Assembly: GCF_004010195.1 (NCBI RefSeq)
Contig: NC_057751.1
Span: forward strand, 17,771,768-17,835,767
Direction of reading: 5' to 3'
Length of the DNA: 64,000 bases
DNA from: Chiloscyllium plagiosum
Lineage: Eukaryota
In this document: one piece after another, positions 1-12,785 of the stretch
Position numbering within the stretch: position 1 is the first letter of the stretch
How the letters are laid out: every line of letters begins with the position of its first letter
Position numbers and translations under genes: made by a program
Notes under the pieces: model-generated
Databases searched by the model: none
Seen by the model: only the letters and a program-made list of their open reading frames with translations
What the model was told of the DNA's origin: nothing

Positions 1-52
1 TCTCTGCTGGACCACTTATCAGAAAGTAAAAAAGAAGAGATGTATAAATGGA

Positions 53-274
53 GGACTTCCGCGCTCGAGATAAGATTTTAAAGGTTTAATTTGTGACTCA
101 CTGCTCACGGAAGGCCACCTGGTCCAAACCCCCGCCCTTCGAGCTGCTGCTGCTGCTGCTGCTGAAAAACAGAAACAGAGTACTCCCGTGCTCGAGGGAA
201 GTTTTTAAACGTTCAAATCAGTGAAACGCCGCTCCCGGAAGGCCCCTGGTCCATGCTCCCGCCCTTCCAGCTGC
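53..274. repeat. Two diverged ~95-bp direct repeats (53-147, 180-274) with a short (CTG)n tract between them
   Basis: 'acttccgcgctcgag...ggaaggccacctggtcc...ccgcccttcgagctgc' versus 'actcccgtgctcgag...ggaaggcccctggtcc...ccgcccttccagctgc'; period about 127 bp. Confidence 0.6.
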
Positions 275-590
275 GGCAACTACGAGAAGCAAAACTGGTC
301 ATAAACAAAAAGAATTTGCAAAAGCAAAAGCGATGTGCTTGTGACAAAACATCGGTCATGGGAATGCAAAGATGAAGGCCATCGAGGAATTGCCACATCC
401 AACCTAGAGGAAAAGAAGCTTCAATTCGTAGGACGAAGCGTATTCTATCGATAGTTTGTTTCTATCAGAAGGAGAACACAACGTTTCAGTGGACAGAACA
501 ATGCCAGGAGGCATTCTACCATTTGAAAGCAATATTAACTGGTGCATCAGTTTTAGTTTTCAAGTTGTCATAGGGCCTGTACTGCGCTGT
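275..590 (+). mobile_element. Gypsy pol (RT/RNase H) fragment
   Basis: Aligns by eye with the Gypsy pol at ~8180-8550 ('gaagcaaaact', 'gccatcgaggaatt', 'gaacacaa...tttc', 'atttgaaagcaatatta'). Confidence 0.7.
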
Positions 591-614
591 AATGTTCTAT
601 GTTCTATAATGTCA

Positions 615-1770
615 AATGTAGATGTTGATGACTGTGGGTATTGACGAGTGTTGATATTGACGAATGTTGGTGTTGACAATAGTTAGTATTGACGAATGTT
701 GATATTGATGGATGTGGATATTGACAAAGATTTTTATAGATGAAAGTTAAGTTTGATGAATGTGGATATTGATGGAAGTGGCTATTGACGAATGTTGATG
801 TTGACGAATATGATGTTGATTAATGTTGGTATTGATTAATGTTAGTATTGATGAATGTGGATATTGACAAATGTTTAGAGTTTATGAATTTTGGTCCTGG
901 TGAAAGGTAGCATTGACGAATATTGATGGTGATGAATGCTGATACTGACGCGTGTTGATCCTGATTAATGTTGATCTTGACGAAAGTTGCTATTCACAAA
1001 GTTGGTATTGACGATTGTTGATATCAATGAATGTCTGTTTTGACGAAATTGGATATTGATAAACGTTCACATTGAATGTGGATGTTGAGGAATATTGATT
1101 TTGACGAATGTTGTAATTAACAAATATAGACATTGATGAATGTTAATGTTGACGAATGTCGATGTTGATTACTGTTGATATTGATTAATGTTTTTGTAGG
1201 AGAAAGTGAGGACTGCAGATGCTGGAGATCAGAGCTGAAAATGTGTCGCTGGAAAAGCGCAGCAGGTCAGTCAGCATCCAAGGAGCAGGAGAATCGACGT
1301 TTCGGGCATGAGCCCTTCTTCAGGTTATTTGTAGGTTAGATTAGTTCTTAATTGAGTCCTTTTTTTCTTCTTTTTTTCTATTTGTTGTGTTTCATTATTG
1401 TTTATTTAACATTTAATGGTGTATTAGTGTTTAATGTTGTGTTATTTTGTAAGTTTGTAAAAAATTTTTAAAAATGTCCTTTTTCTACAATAAAAATATC
1501 TATAAATATACTGAAGCATGTTGATTTTGATGAACGTTGATATTGACAAATGTTCATCTTGAAGAAAGTTGGTACTGACGAATGTTGATATTGGTGAATG
1601 TTGGTTTTGACGAATGTAGGTATTGATGAATGTTCGTATTCACAAGTATGGCTATTGACAAATATAGATATTGACGAATGTTGTTATTGACGAATATGGA
1701 TATTGAAAAATGGCGATGTTGATGAATGTTGGTATTATTGAATGTTGTATTCACGAATGTTGACACTGAT
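615..1770. repeat. Degenerate 16-bp minisatellite (consensus TTGACGAATGTTGATA), interrupted at ~1190-1517
   Basis: Phased units ttgacgagtgttgata / ttgacgaatgttggtg / ttgacaatagttagta / ttgacgaatgttgata ...; ORF 1554-1766 is an artefact of this repeat. Confidence 0.9.
1199..1324 (-). mobile_element. Penelope-like terminal fragment (~125 bp) with hammerhead core
   Basis: Near-identical to 46530-46653 and 52151-52276; flanked by the apparent TSD tttgtagg (1193-1200, 1328-1335). Confidence 0.8.
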
Positions 1771-1855
1771 TCGAACTTTGGTTGATGGTCATTTGCCTGA
1801 CTATATTATTCTCCTCTGCTGTGTTGGTGCGATCGCTTGGCGCTGCTGCCAATGG

Positions 1856-4800
1856 TATTGACGAGGCTGGACCACACAAATCATGCTTAAGCAGGCAGCT
1901 CAGACCGTAGCTTTGCTATTTTTTTCAGTAAGAGAACAGTAAAAACTACCTAGCATAACTTAGCTAGGTTGACATCCAAGTTTTAAAACAAACAAAAAAG
2001 GTTTTCATCAAGTTATGGAATGAAACACCAAGAACAGAAAACAGAATATCCACAAAACTCAATGTATCCAAACTTAATTATGCTGTTCCTGAAATACACA
2101 ACAATCCCAAGAAACAAACCCTTGAAACACAGCGTAAAATGAGCCAGAGACTTACAGATCGAAATTAGAGGGGAAAAGGAGCGACAGAAATTCCAGTCTT
2201 AACTCAGACTGCCTCCAGAAGCCTTTCTTCACACGCATAAGTGCTCAACTGAACTAACACCCAAAATTCAGCTTTCAGGACTGATCACCCTCCTTTCATT
2301 ATAAAAATAACTTCTAAACCTTGAAATCTTTATTCTGAAGACTCGTTTGTTTATGTATGAACAGAAAAAAAAGCCTCTCAATACCTTTTTCGTCTATGTA
2401 CTAACCTAACCGATTGGGAGCTTTGGCTGTTTTGTGACCCTGCTTAAAAAAATCAAGGACCCAGCGTTCTTCAGAAAAGGTGCAGCTTTATATAAAGAAA
2501 CGAACAGATTTGTGACACCACCCCTTTAAAAATGTGAACTAACGATATCCAAAGATAGTTTCATTTTTAAATCCCTTCCAAATAAAATAAAACTCTTTAG
2601 TAACCTAAAACACACATACACACTGCAGTGATTATGTACGTTCAAACATGTGAAAACATATTCGAATTCGCCGTCGTACACTCACAACCGAGCGCCTCCA
2701 CATCTCATTCGTGTCTTGTCAATGCATCAGCAATCACATTTAAAGAGGAACTGCCACATGCACAATTGATAAGTTGAATGGCTGGAACAGGTTCCATTTA
2801 TGCAGTCTATTATTTTCGCCCTTACATTTCTCCACGAATGTCAATGGGTTATGGTCATAGGGTAATACAGTCATAGAGATGCACAGTACAGAAACAGACC
2901 CTTCGGTCCACTCAACTACGCCGAGCAGATATCCCAACGCAATCAACTCCCACCTTCCAGCACCCAGCCCATATCCCTCCAAATACTTCCAATTCATATA
3001 TCCATCGAAATAACTTTTAACAGTCGCAATTGTACTATCTTCCACAAATATAAACACTGAAATGTTGAAATACCAGCATCAATTTCAAAGACTTCCTCTA
3101 TAAAGTTGAGTATTTATATTGTTCAACTTGTTGCAAATAAAAGCCTGATGGGTCTTTTCATCCCACCGTAATCCACCTGCAGGAGCACTGCACAAACACA
3201 CACATCACTGGTGTCGTTAGCAACCTTCAAATGTTACACGTAATCAGGTGTGGTAATAATACTGGAGAAGTAGTTCTCGCAGTTTTAAGGCTGTCAAATG
3301 TGTCTTGACACTTTACCTCTAGCCCTTTTTTTTTACCAACCCTGTGACTGGAGCAGCCACACTGCCAAAATTCGGAGCAAACTTTTCGAAAAATCCACTC
3401 AATCCCAGGAACTGTAGTATTGTTCTTTTCATCGACGTTGTGGGGAATTCTACAATTGCTTTTAATTTCGCATCCTGCAAGGCCATGTATCTATGTCCAA
3501 TCACTTGGGCCAGAAAGGTGACTTGGGGCTTTGGCAAATTCACTTTTAAGTGGTTTACCACCAAACCTGCTTTCAGAAGTCGATCGAAAACGTCTAATAA
3601 ATGCTGTAAATGTTCCTTTCTTCAGTGAATAAAAATCACCAAATCATCAATATACACCACAAAATTGGGTATACAGCAATGACCTTATTCCTTAATGTCT
3701 GAAATGTGGCCAGAGGTTTCTCATACCAAATTGCCTGATTTTAAACTGGTATAGCCCATATGGCGTTACGAAAGCCAAAACTGCCTTTGCTCTTTCCGAC
3801 AAAACTACCTGCCAGTAGCTTCTGAGCAAGTCCAACTTATAAATGTAAGTTGTTTGCCTCTTCTTTTCGACACAGTCCTCCAACCGGGGAATTGAATCTG
3901 CTTTTGTCTTTGTAATGGCACTGACTTTGCGATAGTCCACACATAGCTGTTTAGTACCTTTTCGCTTTGATGCCATGATTATAGGTGAGTTGCTGTCACT
4001 GTAACTCACTTCAATAATGCCATCATGGAGCTCGTGTTCTATCACTTTCTGAAAATGTTCCAACTTTAGAGGGTTATAACAAAAACGATGTTGCTTAATT
4101 GGAACACCACCTCCTTTATCTCCATGAAACTTAATTTGTTTACTATTTCCCAGTTTATTTCTGCCTATCTACCACTGTGATTGTAATAACTCTTAAGGAC
4201 AATTCGTTTCTCTTGTCGAAAGTAACTCAATAATTTATCTCAATGTCTGAAAACTTTCTTTGAAAACTTGATTTGAGCAGTGCCGAATTCATAATCGTCT
4301 AAATTTGGTTCTTCCTATTGGTTGTTAACAATTAACACCTTCTGTTCTTACTTTCCTTCTCTGTCAAAATACCTTCAGACCATATTCGCATGATATTCTC
4401 TGAGAGATTTCTTCCTGTCTGGAGTCCCTGGAGTTCACCTCACTCAAGTTCCTCTTGATTTGATAAGGTCCACACAATCTTGTTTTTAAAGGTTCTTGTT
4501 TTACTGTGGCACCAATACAGAATTCCCAATGGCAAAGTTATTAATTTTTGAATTCTTATCCACCTGTTTCGTTAAATCCCGCGATACTTTTAAATGATGT
4601 CTAGCCAACTTCTGGGCTCTATTTCGTCGTTCTCTAAAATTTGACATATACTCCAAATGAATTCTAACTTATTAATTTCTCCTTAAACATTTTTAACGGT
4701 TCTCTTACTTTATGACCAAAATGGTCAGAATTTGGTCGATTGATGTGGTGCATCTCCGATCGCAACAAGCACAAAATGAACCTTCTTAGCCCAACTGTCT

Positions 4801-6490
4801 GGATAGCCTTTGCCATCACCCACCAAATTGCACTTTAATGTTTAATGCCACCTTTCTGAGCGCTCCTTGCGATTGTTAAATCATTTGGATCTGAATTTTG
4901 ACCATTGACCTGACTGTAACTCTATTGGTAGACTGTATCTAGTGAAAAAAATCAGTAATTCTTCTGCAAAATGTTTGGCTGTGATACTGCAGAATTGGAC
5001 TTCCTTGGGAAATCTAGTCTATTCATGCATTACTGTGAATAATATTTATTTCCACTTTTTTTTTTGTTTGAGGTAGCGGATCGTGCAATCAATCAAGACT
5101 CTTCTGCAAGGATCATCAAATGCTGAAATAGTTAATAAAAGTGCAGTTTTTAATAAAGCCCACAGCTTTCCGATTATCTGACATCTTCACCCTTGTGCTG
5201 TCTAGGACAGTAAAACGTCTTTATCATTTAGCCTGTGCTTTCCTGACTTGTAAATGAGTCTCAAGTGCAAACTCATGTGCCGTTGCAGCACGTCCTTTCT
5301 ATATGATGCTGGCAAAACCATCAGATGAACTTCTGCCCAGTTCTCATCTGCCTTAATATGTGGTGTTCTCTATTTCCTCCTGAAGACATCATTTGTTAAG
5401 TAAGAACACATAAGGATGCATTCACTCTCCTTTCATCAGAATACCGTTCGATATGGAACTGGTTTAAGTTCTGATCTTTCTTCTGTAAGTCGTTAAGCTT
5501 AGTAGAGCTAATGATACTTGAATTTCTAACATTTCGCTCCCGTTCTGTCCCACGTAACTGATCAAAATCAATCTTTGACAATGCTATTTCAGTTTCCATA
5601 TCTGTGCACATTGCTTTTTCTCGATTCAGCTTGTGACTCTGCGATGTCGTTGAGACACAATTTGGGAAGATTCCTGGATAAACATCCTGCCTTACTTTAG
5701 TTGCCTGCCCCTACCGGTGAATGAGCTCGATCATTTGAAAGGCCAAATCGCATACCTGGACCTGAGACTTTTCCAGTGTTCCCACCACAAATGCTCCACT
5801 CTTTTCTGGATACTCTAGCCTCACTACCCATAACTGAGCGTTTTTTTTTGTCACACTGTGAATTCACGTTACCAATACATTTCTGGCAATAGACCGTCAG
5901 GATTATATATCTCCTCATCCTTCAGCATCACAGACTGAGAAGTTAATATGTCCGTTAATATTGTAACGTCTTCGCTTGCCACTCCTGAACTATGTGATTA
6001 AACATTACCCTTGCAGTTATATTTTTTAAGCAGATCTGGAACTTCCTCCTGAACCAATCTCTGATCAGCTTGTACACGCTGATGCAGTTTTTATTTTCCT
6101 CTGTGCTTTCTGTCACCATGGGAACAAATTTCCTGGCTTGCCCTGTTTTCCCACGTCTGGCTTTCTACGAACCCACCAAAGCAATGAATTCTTTTGCCCA
6201 TTATCTTTGCTTTGAAAGCACCAGAGTTTCTTTTAACCTTCTTTGCCGCCTTTAAGGTTTTCTTTTTCCCCTGTGGTGAGTTTTCCTTATGATCTTCACC
6301 ACGATCTAACTTTCCCTTTTCACGTGAGGATTTCTCTTTGCCCAATTTCTATCTCACATGGATTGAAATTGACTCAGGGAGCTACGCCATATTTTATGGA
6401 CCAGCTCACAATCATCAGCCACTTCAGCTGCTGACCTTGCCTTTTCAATCACATGCTTCATCACAGGAGTTCACACTGCTTCATTTACAC
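1856..6490 (-). mobile_element. Decayed Gypsy (Gmr1-like) LTR retrotransposon: gag remnant, PR, IN, RT, RH and 3' LTR (~1856-2517); 5' LTR missing
   Basis: RT ORFs 3692-4063 (LCVDYRKVSA, KLDLLRSYWQV, AFVTPYGLYQF) and 3319-3564 (LQFLGLSGFF); integrase motifs QSQGAL (~4860-4875) and PLKTRLCGPYQI (~4460-4490); minus-strand purine tract aaaggggtgg abuts TGTCACA at 2517. Confidence 0.85.
2870..3045 (-). mobile_element. CR1/HER1 LINE 3'-end fragment inserted in the Gypsy 3' region
   Basis: Translation ATVKSYFDGYMNWKYLEGYG and a 3' UTR matching 38100-38270. Confidence 0.8.
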
Positions 6491-8994
6491 TTTTTTCTTT
6501 GAGGTCGCGGATTACACAATCAATCAAGATTCTTCTGCAAGGTTCCTCACATGCTGGAATAGCTCTTAAAAGTGCAGTTGGAGGAGAACTTCCGAAAGAT
6601 CAACAAACGTCCGTGCTTGTGAGAACTCTTCGAAAGGTACTTGTCTAGAGATGGAGTCGGCACGAAGGAAAAAAATATCGACACCGACCTGGATAGCATA
6701 TTGACAAAGGAAGGTACAAAGAAAAGCACCTGACTGGGTTTAAATCTGAATTCTTCAGTAAACAATCATCAGGGTTTTCATTGGACCAGAAATTGAGAAG
6801 GGTAAATTAAATGATAAGTGAGATAACGTAGTTGTAAATAGTTGTGAGTTAATTATTTACTGGTAGACGTTACGAAATAAAGCTGTTAATTTTTACTTTA
6901 TGTAGTTCTTTGTCTGTCGCATTTTAATAGATGACTGTACAAGTTAAATCTTTTCTATGTTGCTGGTTTCAATTAGTGGCGGGGGGAGGGTTTATCCACG
7001 TGTTGGAAGAGTTTGAGGAATCGTTCGGGAATTAAACAGTTTCAGACAAATGTGTATAGATTTGGGGGTACGAAAATTCCCAGAAGATTTAAACACTTGC
7101 AGATTAGTGACCTCTATCTTAACATAAAACATAGTTGAGACAATTTGTTTAATTTTGGTGACTTGTGGTTGATTGCATTAAAGCTGAGCGAAAATGAAAT
7201 TGCTAAAGGGGTTCTGCGATTTAAAAGTGATTCTCAAATTTGACAAGACACTTCAGAACGAATGAAAAAGGCCATACAATTGGTATTAGCAAAGGCGTTA
7301 GATCTGGGTTTTGCCAAGGGCAAAGGAAAGCTTAACTTGTAAAGGAATTACTTATTTACTCAGGTCAATCAGAGTAACAGGCAAGTGCAGTAAAGGTAGA
7401 AAAACTTAAATTGCAATTAAGGAAAATGGAGTTAGAAAGTAACCACAGGGAGAGAGAAATTCAAAGAGAGAGAAGAAAGAGACAGAAGAGAGAAAGAAAG
7501 GAAAAGAAAGCGAGATGTTTCTTAGCTGAGTCGAGAAATAAAGAAAGGGAGATCAAAAAAGATCGAGAGGAGAGCGAGGTACTGCAGGATATGGACATAT
7601 GTAAGAATCAGATGGAGAGGCCAAAAGCTTTTGTACATGAAGTTGACATAGGGAATACTGCTCCCGATAAAACAATACCCATATTGGCTTAATCCTGTCA
7701 ATGCCAGACAGGTCCACATGGAAGTGGAGGCCATGTGCAACAAGGATGTAATCGAACCAAGCCAAAGTGAACGGTTTTAGTCTTAGTTCTCAAACCGGAA
7801 CGAACTTAACGATTCTGTGTGGTGTATTGGAATGTCAATGCTATTACAATATCGGGCTCATATCCAATTCCGAGATTGAAGCACTGTATCAGGAAAGTCG
7901 GGCAAGCCAGTTACATCGCTAAGTCGAACTTACTGCGTTTTCACTGGCAGGTAACTTTATCTGAGACGGCAAAAGAAATGTTTGCTGTTGCAACCCCAAA
8001 TGGGCTAAATTAGTTTCAATCAATGACCTTTGGAATGAAGACCACATCCGCCACATTCCAAAGACACATGAACAGATTTGTGGCTGGGATAACAAACTTT
8101 GCAATTTGTTTGATATTGTAGTCATGTTTAGTAAGTCCTGGAAAGATGACATCATACAGTTGCCAGAGCACTTGGCACGACTACATGAAGCAAAACTAGT
8201 AATAACCTTAAACAAATAAGAATTCGTAGTAAAAGAGGTGACATTCTTGAGGCACGACATCACTCATGGAATGTTGTCTGCACAGAATACAAGGACGAAG
8301 TCCATCGAAGAATTTCCAAGACAAACGTCGGAGAAAGATGTCCTTCGATTCTACGGACTCAGAGAATTCTATGAGAAGTTTTTTTTCCAAACTTCAGCAG
8401 TTTAGTGGCAGTGTTAGCCGATTCGCCGAAGAAGAACACAATGTTTCGGTAAATAGAATGCCACGAGGCATTTGAATATTTGAAAGCAATATTAGCCACT
8501 AAACGAGCTTTAACTATACCAAACTTTTCAACAACGTTTGAAGTCGCCGTCGATGCTCGTGACATAGGAGTTGGAGTTATACTGCTCCAGGAAGATGAGA
8601 ATGGGATTGAAATATAAGTGGGTTAGTGCACGGAGAAGCTCAGCATTCACCAGAGGAAGTACTCCACGATCTCAAAAGAACTACTGAGTTTGATAAGTGG
8701 CTTTACAACATTTTAATATATATGTCATGAACAATGTGTCAGAGACGGTTGTGTACACGAATCACAATCCTCTTACACACTTAGAACACTTTAAAGGCAT
8801 TAATTTGAGACTATTTTTTTGGCGTCTTGTGTTATAGATTTTTAGTTTAAAAATAATACATGTTGTGAGTCATAAGAATGGAATCACGGATGCATTATTA
8901 AACTGAAAATGTTTTGATGAGATTTGTATTTATTTAATCTTATGTATATATAGATATATGGGAAAACGTTAAGGTGAAAATAGATTAATGATAT

Positions 8995-9827
8995 CTGAAG
9001 GCGAAAGACCCCACCACCAGGGATATATTTTCCTCCCCACCCTTCTCCAGATTCCACAAATACCATTCCCTCTGTGACTACCTCCTCAGGTCCACGCCCC
9101 CCAACAACCCACGCTGCCATCCTGGCACCTTCTCCCTGTCACCACAGGAATTGCAAAACCTGCACCCATACCTCCCCCCTCACCTCCATCTAAGAGCCCA
9201 AAGGAGCCTTCCACATGCATCAAAGTCTCACATGCACTTCCACAAATGTCATTTTTTGCATCCGTTCCTCCCTTTATATTTGGGAGAAGGGGAGACTTAT
9301 TGCAGAGCGCTTTAGGGAACATCTCTGGGGCACCCACACCAATCAACCCCACTACTCCATGGCCGAAGTTTTCAAGTCCCCCTCCCACTCTGCCGAGCAT
9401 AGGTAAGTCCTGAGCCTCCTCACCGCCACTCCCTCACCACCCGACGCCTAGAGAATGAATGCCTTATCTTCCGCCTCAGAACACTTCAATCCCAGGGCAT
9501 CAATGTGGACATCACCAGTTTCTTCATTCCCCTATCCACACCTGACACCAACTCCAACCTGCCAGCTCAGCACCATCCTCATGACCTGTCCTACCTGTCA
9601 ATCTTCCTTCCCACCGATCCGCTCCACCCTCCTTTCAGACCTGTCCCTTTCATCCCCACCTCCATCCACCTATTGCACTCTTAGCTACCTTTTCACCATC
9701 CCCACACCCTCCCATGTATCTCTCTACCACGGGGGCTCCCTGCCTTCATTCCTGATGAAGGGCTCCTGCCTGAAACGTCGATTTTCCTGCTCATCGGATG
9801 CTGCCTGACCTGCTGTGCTTTTCAAGT
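8995..9827 (+). mobile_element. Penelope-like element 3' part (GIY-YIG endonuclease plus terminal repeat) inserted in the Gypsy element
   Basis: Peptides CHHRNCKTC and HQSLTCTSTNVIFCIRS..LYI..GRLIAERFREHL are typical of PLE GIY-YIG; ends with the cctgatgaagggc...gaaacgtcg terminal motif. Confidence 0.85.
9746..9786 (+). ncRNA. Minimal type I hammerhead-ribozyme-like motif in the Penelope terminus
   Basis: CTGATGA (9752-9758) - A GGGC tcct GCCT stem II - GAAA - C GTC; matches the minimal HHR described for Penelope-like elements. Confidence 0.65.
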
Positions 9828-11194
9828 GAGCCGATTAAATATATCTGTATGTTAGTGTCATGTGTTTGAAGAATCGAAAATAAATAGACATCTTTTAGTA
9901 CGGTTCTTAACTCTTTCCTAACGGGAGATGTGTTATTAATGTGTCAGTCGCACTGTACATTTAAGAGAGTTAAAAGCTAGCCGCATTACCTAACACAGCA
10001 CCAAATGTTCTGAACAAGGTAACAATGTATCATGTGTTCAAACAGCTAGAGTAGCTGAGTTGCCTGGAGACGAAAGAAAAATTCAAATTCAACGAAACAG
10101 TTTAAATTATGCCCTAAAATACCAAATTTCAATCAAGTTTGAATTTAGCATTTTGACAATATTACACCCAATGAAACAATCCGAAACCTTGGGGTACAAA
10201 ACCGAAACAAAAACCAACAGTTGGAGGAGATCTGCCACAAAGGTTGGCTACTCATCAGAACTCTCTAAGCAGTACCTGCTTTGAGAAGGATTTGGCACAG
10301 AGGGAAAAAAATAACATTGACACCGACATGGACAGAACATCTGCAAAGGAAGATACACAGAGAATATTTGAAAGCTGGCCTGATTTTGAAACTTGAAGTT
10401 TTCGGCAAATCTTAATCATAGACTTGGAAGGTAAACGATAGTTCAGAGGAAACAGTTGTAAATAATCGACAGTTATCTGATCTCTGCTGGAAACTCAGAA
10501 ATGAAGTTGATAACCTTTACTTTAAATAGTTCTTTGCCTCTCGAATTTTAGCGTATTACAGCACGGGTTTTCCGTGTTGCTGGTTTAATTTAACAGGGGG
10601 CGGGTTTATCATGTATCATAACAAAAGGAACAGTTTTTTTAAAAAATGAAGGAGCAGCTTTGTGACACATGTCTGAGCTATCCTGAAAAAACACAGTCTG
10701 CAGATTACGTGTGATGACAACATCACTGTCAAACAGTTGTACGGACAAGCTGTTTTTTTTTCTGTGATGGCCAAGATCCGGGAGATGCGGAAACTGGAAT
10801 GTCTCTGGGTCACTTTGGGAATGGGCAGCACACTATATAAACTGCACCCACAGCGAGTCAGCTCTGGGTAGCTTGCTACCTATGTCGGGGCCGTGTTAAC
10901 AATGAGCCAATTGTAAGTGACATCAGCGGTTGGGGGCGTTCGCATCACTAGTAACCCAGCGTAATGGACTTGGAGGGCACTGGGGTTCGAACCCCAATGC
11001 CCTCAACAGGCGGAAGAATTTCAATTCAGTTTGATGACAAGTGAATTCTGAAACAAAGCCAGGAATGGCTGGAGAAACAGGGGGAGACAATGAGCAGATT
11101 CGACGTTTTTGTTCTGAGTCACTATTAGTTAAAATATAAACGATTGAGGTTGTGCCCGTGTTACCCAAATCCAGGGTAGTGTATGCATTCCTCA

Positions 11195-11990
11195 CTGCTC
11201 TGACACAGAGTCACATGGGATGGCAACAAACTCTCCCACCCAACTGTTCCATGCTGACCACCCTTGCCAATCTAAACTCATCCAATTTGCTTGCATTTGA
11301 TCCATTTCCCTCTTTACATTTCTTCTTCGTGTCTCCATCCAGTTGTCTTTTAAATATTGCAATTGTACGCTCCTTCAACAGTTCCTCTTCCAGCTCACTG
11401 CATACATGCAATGTCATCTGCATGAAAACGTTGCCCCTCAGATCACTTACAAATCTTTCCCCTCTCAGCTTCAATCTCTGACCAACTATTTATGGTGTTC
11501 AATATCATTGGAAAAAGATCTTCGGTTGCTTACTCTATCCATTTACCTCATGATTTTATAAACCTCCTGCGCTTCGGGGAATAACAGTCCCAGCCTATCC
11601 CAATAACTCAAACCTTTTAGAATCAGTAATATCGTAGGAAATATAATTGCACACTTCCAAATGTAATTATATCCTTTCTCTAGCAGGATGACCAGCATTG
11701 TATACAGTACTCCAAACGTAGCCTTAACAATATATGCAACATGATGTCCCGACTCTGATACGCAGTGCACTGACCAATGAAGGCAAGTCTGCCAAACACC
11801 TTCTTCAACACGCTGTCTACCTTTCACGCAATTTCTGGAAACTATGCACCTTAACCCCGAACCACACTCCCCAGGCCTCTGCAGCTACTTGTCTAAGTCC
11901 TGCCTTGTATTGTCTTCCCACAATGCAGCAGCTCGAGTTTTTCTGCATTGTACTACATCTGCACTCCTCGGCCCATTATACAAATGCTCC
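11195..11990 (-). mobile_element. CR1 LINE 3' fragment
   Basis: KLRGERFVSDLRGNVF...IAIFKRQLD C-terminal CR1 ORF2 motif. Confidence 0.8.
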
Positions 11991-12486
11991 CTCTGCTTCT
12001 GAATTCTTGTGCCAATGATTTAAATGTAGTCAGATCCAAGGAGTACGATTTGATGAATATTTTCAAACTCGTTTGAGAGGTTAAACCATTTGAAATCCTT
12101 CCCGCAGAATTTGCGAATCCCTTACATTGGAAATGCTCCAATCAGTCACCAACGAATCAATTGAGAGAAGCGGGATGTTAGTGTTTAGAAAGGGAGGTTT
12201 GCAGATAAGACTTTCAAACTTATTCAGGTTCAAAGTTTAGAAATGAGGAACGGATAGAGCATCGCTGTCTGAGTTGTGTTATGAACTTGGCGATTTAATG
12301 GATGTGCCTCTGACTCCGCTCAAGAAGGTGTTTGTACTACCTGGTTAAACTCCCGGGAGATAAGATGTGAGCTTTTGATGCACCTGTGTTTGCTATGGTG
12401 AGTAGACTGAGATGGACCTAATGGACAATTCATGTCTCTCGCAGGTGACATGTTCAACCTATTTCGGACGCGTCCATGCTCGCTGT

Positions 12487-12785
12487 GGGCGGCCCGGTGC
12501 CATAGTGGTTAGCACTGCTGCCTCAGAGTGCCAAAGAGCCGCGTTCAATTCCCGTCTCAGGCGACTGACTGTGTGGAGTGTGCACATTATCCCTATGTCT
12601 GCGTTGGTGTCCTCGGGGTGCTGCGGTTTCCTTCCACAGTCCAAAATTTTGCAGGTTAGGTGAATTGGCCATGCTAAATTGACCGCAATGTTAGGTCAAG
12701 GGCTATATGTAGTGGAATGGGTCTGGGTGGGTGTGGACTTGTTGGGCCGAAGGACCTGTTTCCACACTGTAAGTAATGTAATTTA
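12487..12785 (+). mobile_element. HE1-type tRNA-derived SINE
   Basis: gggcggc...gtggttagcactgctgcctca (A box) ... gttcaattccc (B box); LINE-like 3' tail 'gtttccacactgtaagtaat'. Confidence 0.85.

Larger units (their letters stand above)
6580..10623 (+). mobile_element. Internally deleted Gypsy LTR element: partial 5' LTR (~6580-7010), PBS, gag remnant, RT/RH, 3' LTR (~9931-10623)
   Basis: The LTRs align with each other ('acaccgac', 'gttgtaaata', 'tagttctttg', 'tgttgctggttt', 'gggtttatc'); PBS-like 'tgaggaatcgttcgggaatt' (~7014-7033) resembles the tRNA-Pro complement; RT peptide SYPIPRL..I.KVGQASYIAK.NLLRFHWQV; purine tract acgggagatg before TG at 9931; ends ...cataaca. Confidence 0.8.

Noticed and set aside
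615..1770. Regularly spaced repeats as a CRISPR array or a repeat protein (ORF 1554-1766)
   Set aside because: Units are contiguous with no unique spacers, 16 bp is not a codon multiple, and the context is eukaryotic.
7411..7692. Charged coiled-coil ORF as a host gene
   Set aside because: Gypsy gag remnant fused by deletion to pol; a homologous remnant lies at 38270-38510 (-).
12225..12400. Exon-like or Tx1 ORF1-like segment (..VFVLPG*TPGR*DVSF)
   Set aside because: Only a short motif resemblance, with several stops.
12487..12560. tRNA genes suggested by A/B boxes (also 18303, 21830, 52590-52656, ~10940-11000)
   Set aside because: They continue into SINE bodies and tails and do not form complete cloverleaves.
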